Assembly (NCBI GenBank): GCA_038087875.1 | Contig: JAXLNO010000114.1 | Span: forward strand, 186,001-242,514 | Direction of reading: 5' to 3' | DNA length: 56,514 bases | Source: Malacoraja senta | Taxonomy: Eukaryota | Shown: positions 35,320 to 46,824 of the stretch, one piece after another | How the letters are laid out: each line of letters begins with the position of its first letter | How positions within the stretch are numbered: position 1 is the first letter of the stretch | Program-made: the position numbers and the translations under genes | Notes under the pieces: model-generated | What the model saw: only the letters and a program-made list of their open reading frames with translations | What the model was told of the DNA's origin: nothing | The model's database searches: none

Positions 35320-36265
35320 GCAGCTTGCGGCCGGGGTGCCTGCTCAGCCCCCTGCTGTACTCACTCTATACTCATGACTGCGTAGCCGGTCATAGTGCGA
35401 ACTTCATCATCAAGGTCGCTGACGACACCACTGCTGTGCGACATATCACTGATGGAGATGAGTCAGAGTATAGAAGTGAGATGACCGATTGACCAAATGG
35501 TGCCAGCACAATAACCTGGCTCTCAACACCAGCAAAACCAAGGAAGTGATTGTGGACTTTGGAAGGGGTAGCATGGGGATCCGCAGTCCCGTTTATATCA
35601 ACGGGTCGATGGTGGAGAGGGTCAAGAGCTTCAAATTCCTGGGTGGCACATCTCTGAAGATCACTCCTGGTCCGAGAACACAGATGCAGTTATAAAGAAA
35701 GGACATCAGCGCCTCTACTTCCTGAGAAGATTACGGAGAGTCGGTATGTCAAGGTGGACTGTCTCGAACTTCTACAGGTGCACAGTAGAGAGCATGCTGA
35801 CCGGTTGCATCGTGGCTTGGTTCGGCAAGTTGAGCGTCCAGGAGCGGAAAAGACTGCAAAAAGTTGTAAACACTGCCCGTCCATCATCGGCTCCGACCTC
35901 CCTTCCATCGAGGGGATCTATCGCAGTCGCTGCCTCAAAAAGGCTGACAGCATCATCAAGGACCCACACCATCCTGGCCACTCACTCATCTCCCCGCTGC
36001 CTTCAGGGAGAAGGTACAAGAGCCTGAAATCTGCAACATCCAGGTTCAGGAACAGCTACTTCCCCACAACCATTAGGCTATTAAACTCAACTCAAACAAA
36101 ACTCTGATCATTAACAGCCCATTGCACTTTATCTGCTTATTTATGTGTGTATATCTATAGTCAATGGATTATGGACACACTGATCTGTTCCGTATTTATT
36201 AATGCCGACTATATTCTGTTGTCCTATCTTGGAGACATGACAATAAACTCTCTTGAATCTTGAAA
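35320..36265 (+). mobile_element. Rex/Babar LINE RT-to-3' fragment
   Basis: GCLLSPLLYSLYTHDC...IIKVADDT, WCQHNNLALNTSKTKE, FYRCTVESML, (CTTGAAT) tail. Confidence 0.88.
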
Positions 36266-37219
36266 CCCATCTGTTTAAACTAGCTTATTCATTTTAACCC
36301 CAACAACTTCATCTTATTTTATATCAATCTTAATTCGTTGTGCTATGCTTTGTTGCTTATTGTTGATTTTTTCATTACTGGTGCTTTTTTGCTTATTGAA
36401 TGTTTATTACATCTTATTTGAGTTTCTTGAAAGGCCGCCATTAAATAAATTATTATTATAAGAGAGGTGAGAGAGTGGGAGAGAGAGGGGAAGGGAGTGT
36501 GGGGAGAGAGAGAGAGAGAGTGGGGAGAGAGAGAGAGTGGGGGGAGAGAGATAGAGAAAGGGGGAGAAAGAGGGGGAAGAGAGAGAGAGGAAGGGATGGA
36601 GGGGTGAGAGGCTGGGGGTTGGAAAAGGGGTGAAGTGAGTTGCGGGGGAAGCAGGGAGACAAAGGGAGGGGGGGGGGCTTCGAGGGGAGTGGGTTTGGTG
36701 CCGAGGGGGATGAATTGGGGGGCAGGGAACTGGGAGGGGGGGGATCAAGTGACTCAAGGAAGGGGCTAGGGAGCCTGGTGGGGGTTCACACTGTTTGGGG
36801 GTGGGGAGGAGGGGGGAGGGAGCAAAGGGGGGTAAGGAGCAGGAGGCGGCAGGGGTGAGGGGCAGGGAGCCACAGGGAGGAGGTCACATTGTTTGGGGGT
36901 GGGGAGGGTGTTGCAGTTTAGGAAGTCAAACCAGGGCAGGATCTTCACTGTGAATGGCGGGGCGCTGGGGGAATGTGTGGAGCCGAGGGATCTAGGAGTG
37001 AGGGTACGAGTTGGGCCGAAGGGTCTCTTTCCAACGATGTATCAGTCTACGACTCTATGACAAAGTGCTGGAGTAACTCAGCGGGTCAGCAGCATCTGTG
37101 GAGAAGATAGACACAAAGTGCTGGAGTAACTCAGCGGGTCAGGTAGCATCTGTGGAGAAGATGGACATAAAAAGTGCTGAAGTAACTGTGCTGGTCTACC
37201 TTTGCTTACTTTCACTGAC

Positions 37220-37372
37220 TCCCCTCCCTCCCCTTTCCTCACCTCCCTCCCCTTTCCTCACCTCCCTCCCCTTTCCTCACCTCCCTCCCCTTTCCTCACC
37301 TCCCTCCCCTTTCCTCACCTCCCTCCCCTTTCCTCACCTCCCTCCCCTTTCCTCACCTCCCTCCCTTCCCCT
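37220..37372 (+). repeat. 19-bp tandem repeat (CCTCCCTCCCCTTTCCTCA)n
   Basis: About 7 near-perfect units. Confidence 0.9.
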
Positions 37373-37404
37373 CTGCTCCTAGAACTAGACCGATTTGTCA
37401 AATG

Positions 37405-37820
37405 GACAGAAATTTGAAGGGAATCTGATTGGTGATTGGGCGCGACGCCCTTGGAGACAGCGGGTGATTGGCCGGAAATTAGACCGGCGCGTATTTTAAG
37501 GGGAGCTGGTCGGTGATTGGACGCGATCCCCTTGACGACAGCGGCTGATTGGACGCCGACTGACCTCATTATGCGATTGGACGCCGACTGACCTCATTAT
37601 GCGATTGGACACCGACTGACCTCATTATGCGATTGGACGCGAGTCCCCTTGGAGACAGCGTCTGATTGGCCGCGTAAAGGGCGGGAGGCGCGAGGCGCGA
37701 GGCGCGAGGAGTCGGTTGCAGAAACAGTTTGGATTTGAACTAAGGGTGTGGCGATCTCGGGTCGCATCTCCGCGGTGTTTTAGATCCAGCGCCCGCCCGC
37801 CCGCCCGCGCGCGGCTGGAC
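37405..37820. promoter_or_regulatory. Multi-CCAAT CpG-rich promoter-like element with a 28-bp tandem repeat
   Basis: Nine GATTGG motifs within about 250 bp; unit GATTGGACGCCGACTGACCTCATTATGC at 37547, 37575, 37603. Confidence 0.55.
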
Positions 37821-38017
37821 TCGCAGCCACAGCTCCTCTGATGTTGGAATCGGCGGTCACAGCATTCCGGAGCTCACCGCATGGCGACCCAGGTAGGGCA
37901 TCGCTCGCCCGCCCGCTCGCTCCCTGATGGTGTCCCAGCGCTGCGCCGGCGCCGAAGCTGTAGTCCCGGCCGGTCCCGGCAGGAGACGCCGCTCCAGTCC
38001 GATGGTAGGCCGCGAGG

Positions 38018-38403
38018 AACTGGACTCCCCCAACATCGGGAACATGTTTCCTGCCTCTAACGTGTCCAAGCCCTTAATAAACTTATATGTTTCAATGAAA
38101 TATCCTCTCATCCTTCTAAACTCCAGAGTGTACACGCCCAGCCGCTCCATTCTGTCAGCCTATGACAGTCCCGTCATCCCGGGAATTAACCTTGTAAACC
38201 TACGCTGCGCTCCCTCAATAGCAAGAATGTCCTTCCTCAAATTAGGGGACCAAACCTGCACACAATACTCCAGGTGTGGTCTCACTAGGGCTCTGTACAA
38301 CTGCAGAAGGACCTCTTTGCTCCTATGCTCGACTCCTCTTGTTATAAAGGCCAACATGCCATTCGCTTTCTTCACTGCCTGCTCTACCTGCATGCTTACT
38401 TTC
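38018..38403 (-). mobile_element. CR1 fragment
   Basis: KKANGMLAFITRG...[11 protein letters not shown]. Confidence 0.88.
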
Positions 38404-38409
38404 CACTGT

Positions 38410-39827
38410 TACTTTCCACATGCTTACATCCACTGTTGTAGATTTTCTTAATGAGAACAACATTCCACTATCAAACTGTCGTTGTCAGTCGTATGACAAT
38501 GCCTCAAATATCTCTGGATGCTATACTGGCCTGAACTTGGTGGGTGTAAAAGCGGCAGAGTGTTGTCTACAGACTGTATTCCTTTTTCTCTGCTTCTACA
38601 CATCGATGCAATGTTCTGGCATCATCTTTCTTTAGGTTGACCATGTTGTGTTCAAGCGTCTGCCTGACACGAGATGGTCGTCACATTTTGATGTTGGCCA
38701 TGCTCTGTATGGGGTTTCGAGAACATTAAACATGCACTGGATTATGTATCAGCTGACACTGAACACCACCAGGGGCGCCGGGGAGATGGCCAGCCCTGCC
38801 GGCAGTCTGTGTGTTTTTTTAAAAATCTTTTTGTTATTTTTATGTTTCATTTAAAGTACTTCGGTTTGTTTTATGGGTGGGGGGTTCGGGGTAAACTTTT
38901 TTTTCAGGTTCTTACCTTCCGGAGATGTGATCAATTTTCGGATCACATTCTCCGGGCTCTGCGGCCTACCATCGCTGGAGCTGGAAGCCTCCTCGGACTG
39001 TCGTGAGCCCCACCGCGGGGCGCGGACTTAACATCGGAGCGGATCCCTTGCCTGGGATCGCTCCCACCGCGGCCTGCAGACTTACCATCAAGGGCTTGCA
39101 GTCTCGGGAGAGGCTGAATCGGGAGCTCCAACGCCGCAGAAGGTTTGTCCGGCCCCGACGCGAGGTTCGATCGCCCGGCGCGGGGGAGCTGACATCCCCG
39201 ATGCGGGAGCTGAACGCCACAGGCTACGGGAGTCAAGATCATCCCGTTAACGGGGGCTCGAGGCCCCCGACCGAGGAAGAACATAAGGGAAGGACTTGAA
39301 CTTTATTTCGCCTTCCATCACAGTGAGGAATGTGTAGGAGTCACTGTGGTGGATGTTCATGTTAAAATGTGTTTTTGAGTGTTCTGTTGCTTTTAATTGT
39401 ACGACTGACCTGGCCAGTGAAATTCCTCGTATGTTGCAAAACATACTTGGCGAATAAAATCTGATTCTGATTCTGAAGCGAACACAAGGCGACAGGCAGA
39501 AGGATTGAGCGAGAAAATGGAGAACCTGGAAACGATCTTTCTCTCACAATTCTTTGGAATGATATTCTCGAACGAGTGAACAGAACAAGTAAGGTCCTGC
39601 AGGCAGAGGATGCGAACATACTTGTTGCCATGAATCTTCTTGAGTCTCTGAAAACCTGTCTTCGGGAAATTAGAGACAAATTTAGTGAACACGAATTGAA
39701 AGCCAGGAGTAAGTGTCCAGATTCAGATTATAGCGATGTGAAAAAAACGGGAACGAAAACTAAATGTGTAGGTAGGGGCCCCAGTGCACTGCTTTGCCCG
39801 GGGGCCGATAATGCTGTTAAGGCCCTG
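38410..39827 (+). mobile_element. hAT transposon remnant (ZMYM1/Tip100-like transposase), split by a retroposon
   Basis: CRCQSYDNASNISG, NLVG, FKRLPDTRWSS, NRTSKVLQ; ends GGGGCCC...CCCGGGGCC...GGCCCTG. Confidence 0.78.
38767..39476 (+). mobile_element. GC-rich non-coding retroposon, copy 2
   Basis: Paralog of 26547-27289 with (ATTCTG)n tail. Confidence 0.8.
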
Positions 39828-39944
39828 TATCCATGCCTTGTCAATTTTAGTGTCTAGTAAGTTTCGTCGCCTAGTCAACCCACGCCTTGTTAATCTCAAT
39901 GTTTGTCAAATGTAATAGCTTGTGAATTTCAACACCTTATTAGT

Positions 39945-40762
39945 TCAAGAGAGAGAAGAGACATTTATTGTCACATGCACCAATTGCTAAAGTGAGGTTA
40001 GGGTTACCATACAGCCATACCAATCAAAGAACACAATACATGATAGAATTTAACATGAACATCCCCATACAGCAGAATTAACGTTTCCCACTGTGAGGGA
40101 AGGCAATAAAGTTCAGTCCTCTTCCTCTTTGTTCACCCATGGTCGGGGCCTTTGAGCCCTCCGCAGACGCCGCTACGGCGGTCCAATGTTCAGGCCCACT
40201 CGCCGGGGTGATCGGAGCTCCGGTGTCGGAACAGAGAACACTCTGAGCGGCTTGGAGTTTCCGAATCGGCCGCTTTCCGCGGCTTCCGAAGCCCACAGGC
40301 CGAGCTGGGCGGAGATTCACCGCTGGTGACCCCCCTGCAAGAGGTGCCAGGACTCCGCGATGTTAAAGTCAGTGCCGCCCGCGGCTGGAAGCTCCGCAAA
40401 CCACAGCTCTACGATGTTAAAGTCGGCAGTCCCAACACTCCGGAGATCCCCGATAAGACATCGCCCGTTCTGCGATGGAATCCAGTGCTGCGCCGCTGCT
40501 GAAGCTCTGGCTGGTCTCCGGCAAGAAAGGCCGCGCCAATCCATATGGTTGGCTGCGAGGAGGCGGGCGAAGATGCGACTCGGAATAAAGACGCATCTCC
40601 GTCCAGGTAGTGACTGCGAAAAATCGGTTTCCTCCTTCCCCCCTCCAACCCCCCACATCAAAAAGTCTAAAAGACCTCCAAAAACCAACTTTTAGACGGA
40701 CTAAAATTTAAAAAAAAGGATGAAGGACAGACTGCTGCTGGCGAGGCTGCCACACTCGATGG
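39945..40762 (-). mobile_element. GC-rich non-coding retroposon, second subfamily
   Basis: Shared 3' end with 29177-29725 and similar T-rich/G-rich 5' layout. Confidence 0.7.
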
Positions 40763-40777
40763 CTGGTGTGATTGTCA

Positions 40778-41025
40778 GTTTAGTTTAGAGATACAGTGCG
40801 GAAACTAGCCCTTTGGCCCGTACACTAACACAATCTTACTAAGAGATAATTTACAATTTTTATTGAACGACTTTGGAGTGTGGGACTAAACTAGAGCAAC
40901 CAGATAAACCCCACGCAGGTCACAGGTACTACAAACTCCGTACAGGCAGCACCCGTGGTCAGGATCGAACCTGGGTCTCCGGCGCTGTGAGGCAGAAACT
41001 CTACCGCTGCGCCACCGTGCTGCCA
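40778..41025 (-). mobile_element. tRNA-derived SINE (HE1/V-SINE-like)
   Basis: Minus strand GTGGCAGCACGGTGGCGCAGCGGTAGAG...GGTTCGATCC (boxes A/B) and (TAAAC) tail. Confidence 0.8.
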
Positions 41026-41419
41026 CGCTATTTCAGATTTGATGTGACTTTACATTCTTGGAAAGGATTAACTCAATCAAATCGACATTCCTGCCTCAAG
41101 CTTTGTGGCGGGGAAAAAATCCCAGGATCCTTGAAAAAATATATTGAATCTTTCCAAGAAAAATTTCCGGAAACAGACATGACAACAAGCAAAGATGTAT
41201 TGTATGCAGGAAGAGGAGAGGAGAGAGGGTAGGGGTCGGGGAGGGGAGGGGGTCACAGAGACGGGGAGAGGGGATGTAGGGGTCGGGTAGGGGGAGGGGG
41301 TCACAGACGGGGAGAGGGGGTGTAGGGGTCTGGAAGGGGAGGGGGTCACAGAGATGGGGAGAGGGGTGTCAGGGAGGGGAGGGGGTCACAGAGAAGGGGA
41401 GAGGGGTGTAGGGGTCGGA

Positions 41420-41511
41420 TCAGATGCAGACACAGGGACAGGCGTGAATTTTGCACTTGGTTAGGATTATAACAATGTGTTCTCCATCTCGAACGATGTA
41501 GTCAGCGATTC
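41420..41511 (-). CDS. Cobalamin-binding protein (transcobalamin/intrinsic factor family), last coding exon
   Basis: Acceptor TTTTCCTCCAACAG; (G)IADYIVRDGEHIVIILTKCKIHACPCVCI*; phase matches the previous exon. Confidence 0.85.
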
Positions 41512-41862
41512 CTGTTGGAGGAAAACATTGTTATTCACGGTGCGTCTGTTTTAATGGTTTGGAGAGATAGAGAGCGATATAGATAGAGAGAGATATAGAG
41601 CGACAGTGTAAAGGGGGTGGGATGGGGACGGGACTGGTGGGGGGAGAGAGGGTGTGGAGGTGGGAGAAGGGGGAGAAGGGGGAGGGGGAGGGTGAAGAAG
41701 GGGAGTGGAGCGGGTGAGTTGGGCCAGGGGAAGGGGGGAGAAGGTAGGGGAGGAGAATTTGGAGGGAAGGGTGTGGAATGGGAGGGGAGGGGTGAGATGG
41801 GGAGGGAGGTGGGATGGGAAGGGAGGGGGGAGAAGGGAGGGGAGGCGGGGAGGGTTACAGAC

Positions 41863-41981
41863 CTTGCTGGAGAGGGACGGATCCGCTCAGTAACTTCCAG
41901 TAAGTTCGCCCTTCCTCGGAGGCTTCTAGACCCCGCAAGGTAGTGAGGTAGGGCCCATAGAGAGATGTCCGGTATTCGAAA
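41863..41981 (-). CDS. Cobalamin-binding protein, beta-domain exon (119 bp)
   Basis: AG/GT boundaries; FEYRTSLYGPYLTTLRGLEASEEGRTYWKLLSGSVPLQQ. Confidence 0.9.
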
Positions 41982-42012
41982 CTAGCACACGGGAGAGAGA
42001 GGGGAGGGGGTG

Positions 42013-42049
<37 letters not shown>

Positions 42050-43587
42050 CAGAGAGAGAGAGGGTGCAGAGAGAGAGGGGATGCAGAGAGAGAGGGGGAT
42101 GCAGAGAGGGGGAGATAGTTAGGTAGTTAGTTAATTAGATAGATAGATAGAGAGAAAGAGGGAGACATAGAGAGAGAGAAAGGGTGCGACAGAGAGAGCG
42201 TGAAACCACGTGTGTGAGATAGTGTTTGAGAGAGAGAGAGAAGTATAGAGGGGGTGAGAAATATATATATAGAGAGAGAGATAGAGAGGGAGAGTGGGAG
42301 AGACAGAAAGAGAGGGTAACAGATAGGCAGAGATAGAGAGGGAAGTGGGAGGGAGAGAGAGTGAGGGGACAGATAGATTCATACAGAGAGAGGGAAAGAT
42401 GGAGAGTGAGGGTTAGAGAAAGTTTTATAGGGAGAGAGTTAGAGAGAGAGAGAGAGATAGCGATTATATATATAGAGAAATAGAGGGAGATAGAGAGAGA
42501 GAGAGAAAAAGAGAGAGATAGAGCGAGAGATATAGAGATAGTTAGAGATAGCGATAGAGAGGGAGGGGGTGGGGGAGGGAGAGGGAGAGAGAGAACAGCT
42601 TGACAACAGGCTCTTTGGCCCAACTCGCCCTCGCCAGTGAACACCTCTCATCTTCACTAGTCCCACCTGCCCCAGCTAAAACCAAACCTCTCCCCCCCTC
42701 TCTTGTAAACCAACTCTAATACTTAAACCAGGGGTGGGGAACATTTTCATGTTGGAAGGCCGCATTAAGTTAGATGTAATCTAATGTCGCATCCAAGAAA
42801 CTTCAATTAGATATACTTGAAAATGTACATTATTTTATAAAAATCTAACTACTATCTACTAACTTCAAGAAAATGAAAAAAAAAATTAATTCTAAAGTTA
42901 AATAACCTTGTGACCTTGAGGGGTCTTGATTTGGGTTAGGTATGAGAATGTAGATTCGCAGCAATAAGTGGTTGAAAAGCAAGCAAGCATTTTTCGTGCA
43001 TGTTGCCAAAGACGTGGGTATTCGACTGCGTTTTTCCATATTTTAATCGGATCTTTCTTAGCGTCAAATAAGGACTTTAAAATGTCATATTCTGAAAGCT
43101 CAATCAATTCCATCTGTAGTTCTTTAGGAGCCTTGGAGACATCAACTAGGTGAGGTTGAAATTCTAATTTGAGTGTGATGTCATGATTCTCAAAGTCAGT
43201 GAAGCTTTCATTGTATTCTTTAATTAATAAGTCTATAACAGCTGCGTATTCTTCAAATTATTCACATGAATCCTCCTGCTTATCAATGACAGTCCTATCT
43301 GGGGGAAATGTTCATCCAAAATTTCATTTTGAAGAAGAAGAGTTTGAAACAAAGATAGCAAACAAATACGCTATTTAACTATTCTCAAATTCAAGTTCAA
43401 ACGGAAAGCCACGCGCACCGCTATCAAAAGTTGATAATACTGAAGACTGGACGGCCAGCGGACTCTCCCCGACATTTACCCTCTCGTCAACCAGCCTCAG
43501 GCGGTGGTGGCGCCAGTCAGGCAGGGCGGTTACCGTACATTCTAGAGTCGCATTAGAACTAAATCATGAGCATGTTAAAATAGCCCT

Positions 43588-44283
43588 GGTACACAAAAAT
43601 GCTGGAGAAACTCAGTGGGTGCAGCAGCATCTATGGAGCGAAGGAAATAGGCAATGTTTCGGGCCGAAACCCTTCTTCAGACTAATAGGGGGTGGGGAGG
43701 AGAAAGGAAAAAAGGTGGGGGAGGAGGCTGAGGGATGGGAGGAGACAACCAGAGGGCTGAGGAAGGGGAGGAGACAGCACAGGGCTAGCAAAATTGGGAG
43801 AATTCAATGTTCATGCCCCCAGGATGTAGACTGCCCAAGCGGAATATGAGGTGCATTTCCTCCAATTTCCGGTGTTGCTCGCTGTGGCCATGGAGGAGAC
43901 CCAGGACAGAGAAGTCAGATACGGAATGGGAGGGAGAGTTGAAGTGCTGAGCCACCGGGAGGTCAGGTTGGTTATTGCGGACCGACCGGAGGTGTTCGGC
44001 GAACCGATCGCCAAGCCTCCGCTTGGTCTCACCGATGTAGATCAGCTGACATCTAGAGCAGCGGATGCAATAGATGAGGTTGGAGGAGGTGCAGGTGAAC
44101 CTCTGTCGCACCTGGAACGACTGCTTGGGTCCTTGAATGGAGTCGAGGGGGGAGGTGAAGGGACAAGTGTTGCATCTCTTCCGGTTGCGAGGGAAAGTAC
44201 CCGGGGAGGGGGTGGTACGGGAGGGAAGGGAAGAATTGACAAGGGAGTTGCGGAGGGAGCGGTCTTTGCGGAAGGCAGACATG
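43588..44283 (-). mobile_element. Penelope-like element 3' part (GIY-YIG), same family as 6084-7313
   Basis: Near-identical peptide NLIYCIRCSRCQLIYIGETKRRLGDRFAEH; hammerhead-like core at about 43655-43681. Confidence 0.92.
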
Positions 44284-44598
44284 ACTTCATAACATGACAT
44301 GACAGACAGACATGAAAATATCCCTCATGACTTGCTAATGTTTTAATTGTGGCCGTCAGTCGGGGAGGATTATTTTGTTGAATCTTCTTTTACTCTTTGG
44401 CAATTTAAGGCACAACAGAGGATGTACTTCCTACGGCATCTGAGGAAGCACAATCTGCCACAGGCAATGATGGTCCAATTCTATATGGCCATCGTAGAGT
44501 CTGCCCTCACCTTCTCCATCATGGTCTGGTTTGGTTCAGCCACCAAACACGACACCTGGAGGCTTCAGGGAATTGTCCGATCAGCTGAGAAGATTATT

Positions 44599-46824
44599 AG
44601 ACAATAGACAATAGGTGCAGGAGTAGGCCATTCGGCCCTTCGAGCCAGCACCGCCATTCAATGGCTGATCATCCCCAATCAGTAACCCGTTCCTGCCTTC
44701 TCTCCATATCCCCTGACTCCGCTAATTTTAAGAGCTCTATCTAGCTCTCTCTTGAATGCATCCAGGTAACCTGCCTCCACCGCTCTCTGAGGCAGCGAAT
44801 TCCACAGACTAACCACTCTCTGTGAGAAAAAGTGTTTCATCGTCTCCGTTCTAAATGGCTTACTCCTTATTCTTAAACTGTGGCCCCTGGTTCTGGACTC
44901 CCCCAACATCGGTAACATGTTTCCTGCCTCTAGCGTGTCCAAACCCTTAACAATCTTATATGTTTCAATGAGATCCTCTCTCATCCTTCTAAACTCCAGA
45001 GTGTACAAGCCCAGCTGCTCCATTCTCTCAGCATATGACAGTCCCGCCATCCCGGGAATTAACCTTGTAAACCTACGCTGCACTCCCTCAATAGCAAGAA
45101 TGTCCTTCCTCAAATTAAGGGACCAAAACTGCTCACAATATTCCAGGTGTTGGAGAAAATTGACGAGTCCTAATGTATGTGGTTGTAATGTAATGTAATG
45201 TACTTCTAATAAATAAAAAAATAAAAAAAAATTAAAAAAAATATTCCAGGTGTGGTCTCACTCGGGCTCTGTACAACTGCAGAAGGACCTCTTTGCTCCT
45301 ATATTCGATTCCTCATGTTATAAAGGCCAACATGCCATTCGCTTTTTTCACTGCCTGATGTACCTGCATGCTTACTTTCATAGACTGGTGTACAAGGACC
45401 CCCAGATCCCGTTGTACTTCCCCTTTTCCCAACTTGACGCCATTTAGATAGTAATCTGCCTTCCTGTTTTTGCTACCAAAGTGGATAAACTCACATTTAT
45501 CCGCATTAAACTTCATCTGCCATGCATCTGCCCACTCCCCCAACCTGTCCAAGTCACCCTGCATTCTCATAGCATCCTGCTCACAGTTCACACTGCCACC
45601 CAGCTTTGTGTCATCTGCAAATTTGCTAATGTTACTTTGAATCCCTTCATCCAAATCATTGATGTATATTGTAAATAGCTGCGGTCCCAGCACCGAGCCT
45701 TGCGGTACCGCACTAGTCACTGCCTGCCATTCTGAAAGGGACCCGTTAATCCCTACTCTTTGTTTCCTGTCTGCCAACCACTTCTCTATCCATGTCAGCA
45801 CTCTACCCCCAATACCATGTGCCCTAATTTTGCCCACTAATCTCCTATGCGGGACCTTATCAAATGCTTTCTGAAAGTCCAGGTACACTACATCCACTGG
45901 CTCTCCCTTGTCCATTTTCCTAGTTACATCTTCAAAAAATTCCAGAAGATTAGTCAAGCATGATTTCCCCTTCGTAAATCCATGCTGACTCGGACCGATC
46001 CTGTTACTTCTATCCAAATGTTCGGCTATCTCATATTTTATAATTGACTCCAGCATCTCCCCCACCACCGATGTCAGGCTAACTGGTCTATAATTCCCTG
46101 TTTTCTCTCTCCCGCCTTTCTTAAAAAGTGGGATAACATTAGCTATCCTCCAATCCACAGGAACTGATCCTGAGTCTATAGAACATTGGAAAATGATCAC
46201 CAATGCATCCACGATTTCTAGAGCCACTTCCTTAAGTACCCTGGGATGCAGACCATCAGGCCCTGGGGATTTATCAGCCTTCAGTTCCATCAGTCTATCC
46301 AACACCATTTCCTGCCTAATGTGGATTTCCTTCTGTTCCTCTGTCACCCCAGATTCTCTGGCCACTACTATATCAGGAAGATTGTTTGTGTCCTCCTTAG
46401 TGAAGACAGATCCAAAGTACCTGTTCAACCCATCTGCCATTTCCTTGTTCCCCATAATAAATTCACATTTTTCAGTCTTTAAGGGTCCAACTTTGGTCTT
46501 AACTAATTTTTTCCTCTTCACATACCTAAAGAAACTTTTACCATCCTGCTATATATTCTTGGCCAGCTTACCTTCGTACCTCATCTTTTCTCCCCTTATT
46601 GTCATTTTGGTTATCTTCTGTCATTTTGGTTATCTTCTGTTGTTGTTACCCAATCCTCTTGCTTCCCGCTCATCTTTGCTACATTGTACTTCTTCGCTTT
46701 AATTTTTATACTGACGTCCCTTGTCAGCCATGGTCGTCCCTTTCTCCCCTTGGAATCTTTCTTCCTCCTAGGAATGAACTGATCCCCCATAATAAATTCA
46801 CCTTTTTCAGTCTTCAAGGGTCCA
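44599..46824 (-). mobile_element. CR1 LINE with an open RT segment (45313-46521)
   Basis: KSPGPDGLHPRVLKE, NYRPVSLTS, QHGF, YLDFQKAFDKV, VPQGSVLGP, FADDTKL; ATTATT at both junctions. Confidence 0.95.
45151..45239 (+). mobile_element. Tiny poly(A)-tailed retro-insertion (L1-type 3' end)
   Basis: AATAAA plus A-rich tail; TSD AATATTCCAGGTGT at 45137-45150 and 45240-45253. Confidence 0.85.

Noticed and set aside
37547..37640. 28-bp direct repeats as a CRISPR array
   Set aside because: No spacers; a simple tandem repeat.
40940..41025. tRNA gene (also 32869-32930)
   Set aside because: Box A/B sequence continues into a SINE body and tail; I could not form a full cloverleaf.
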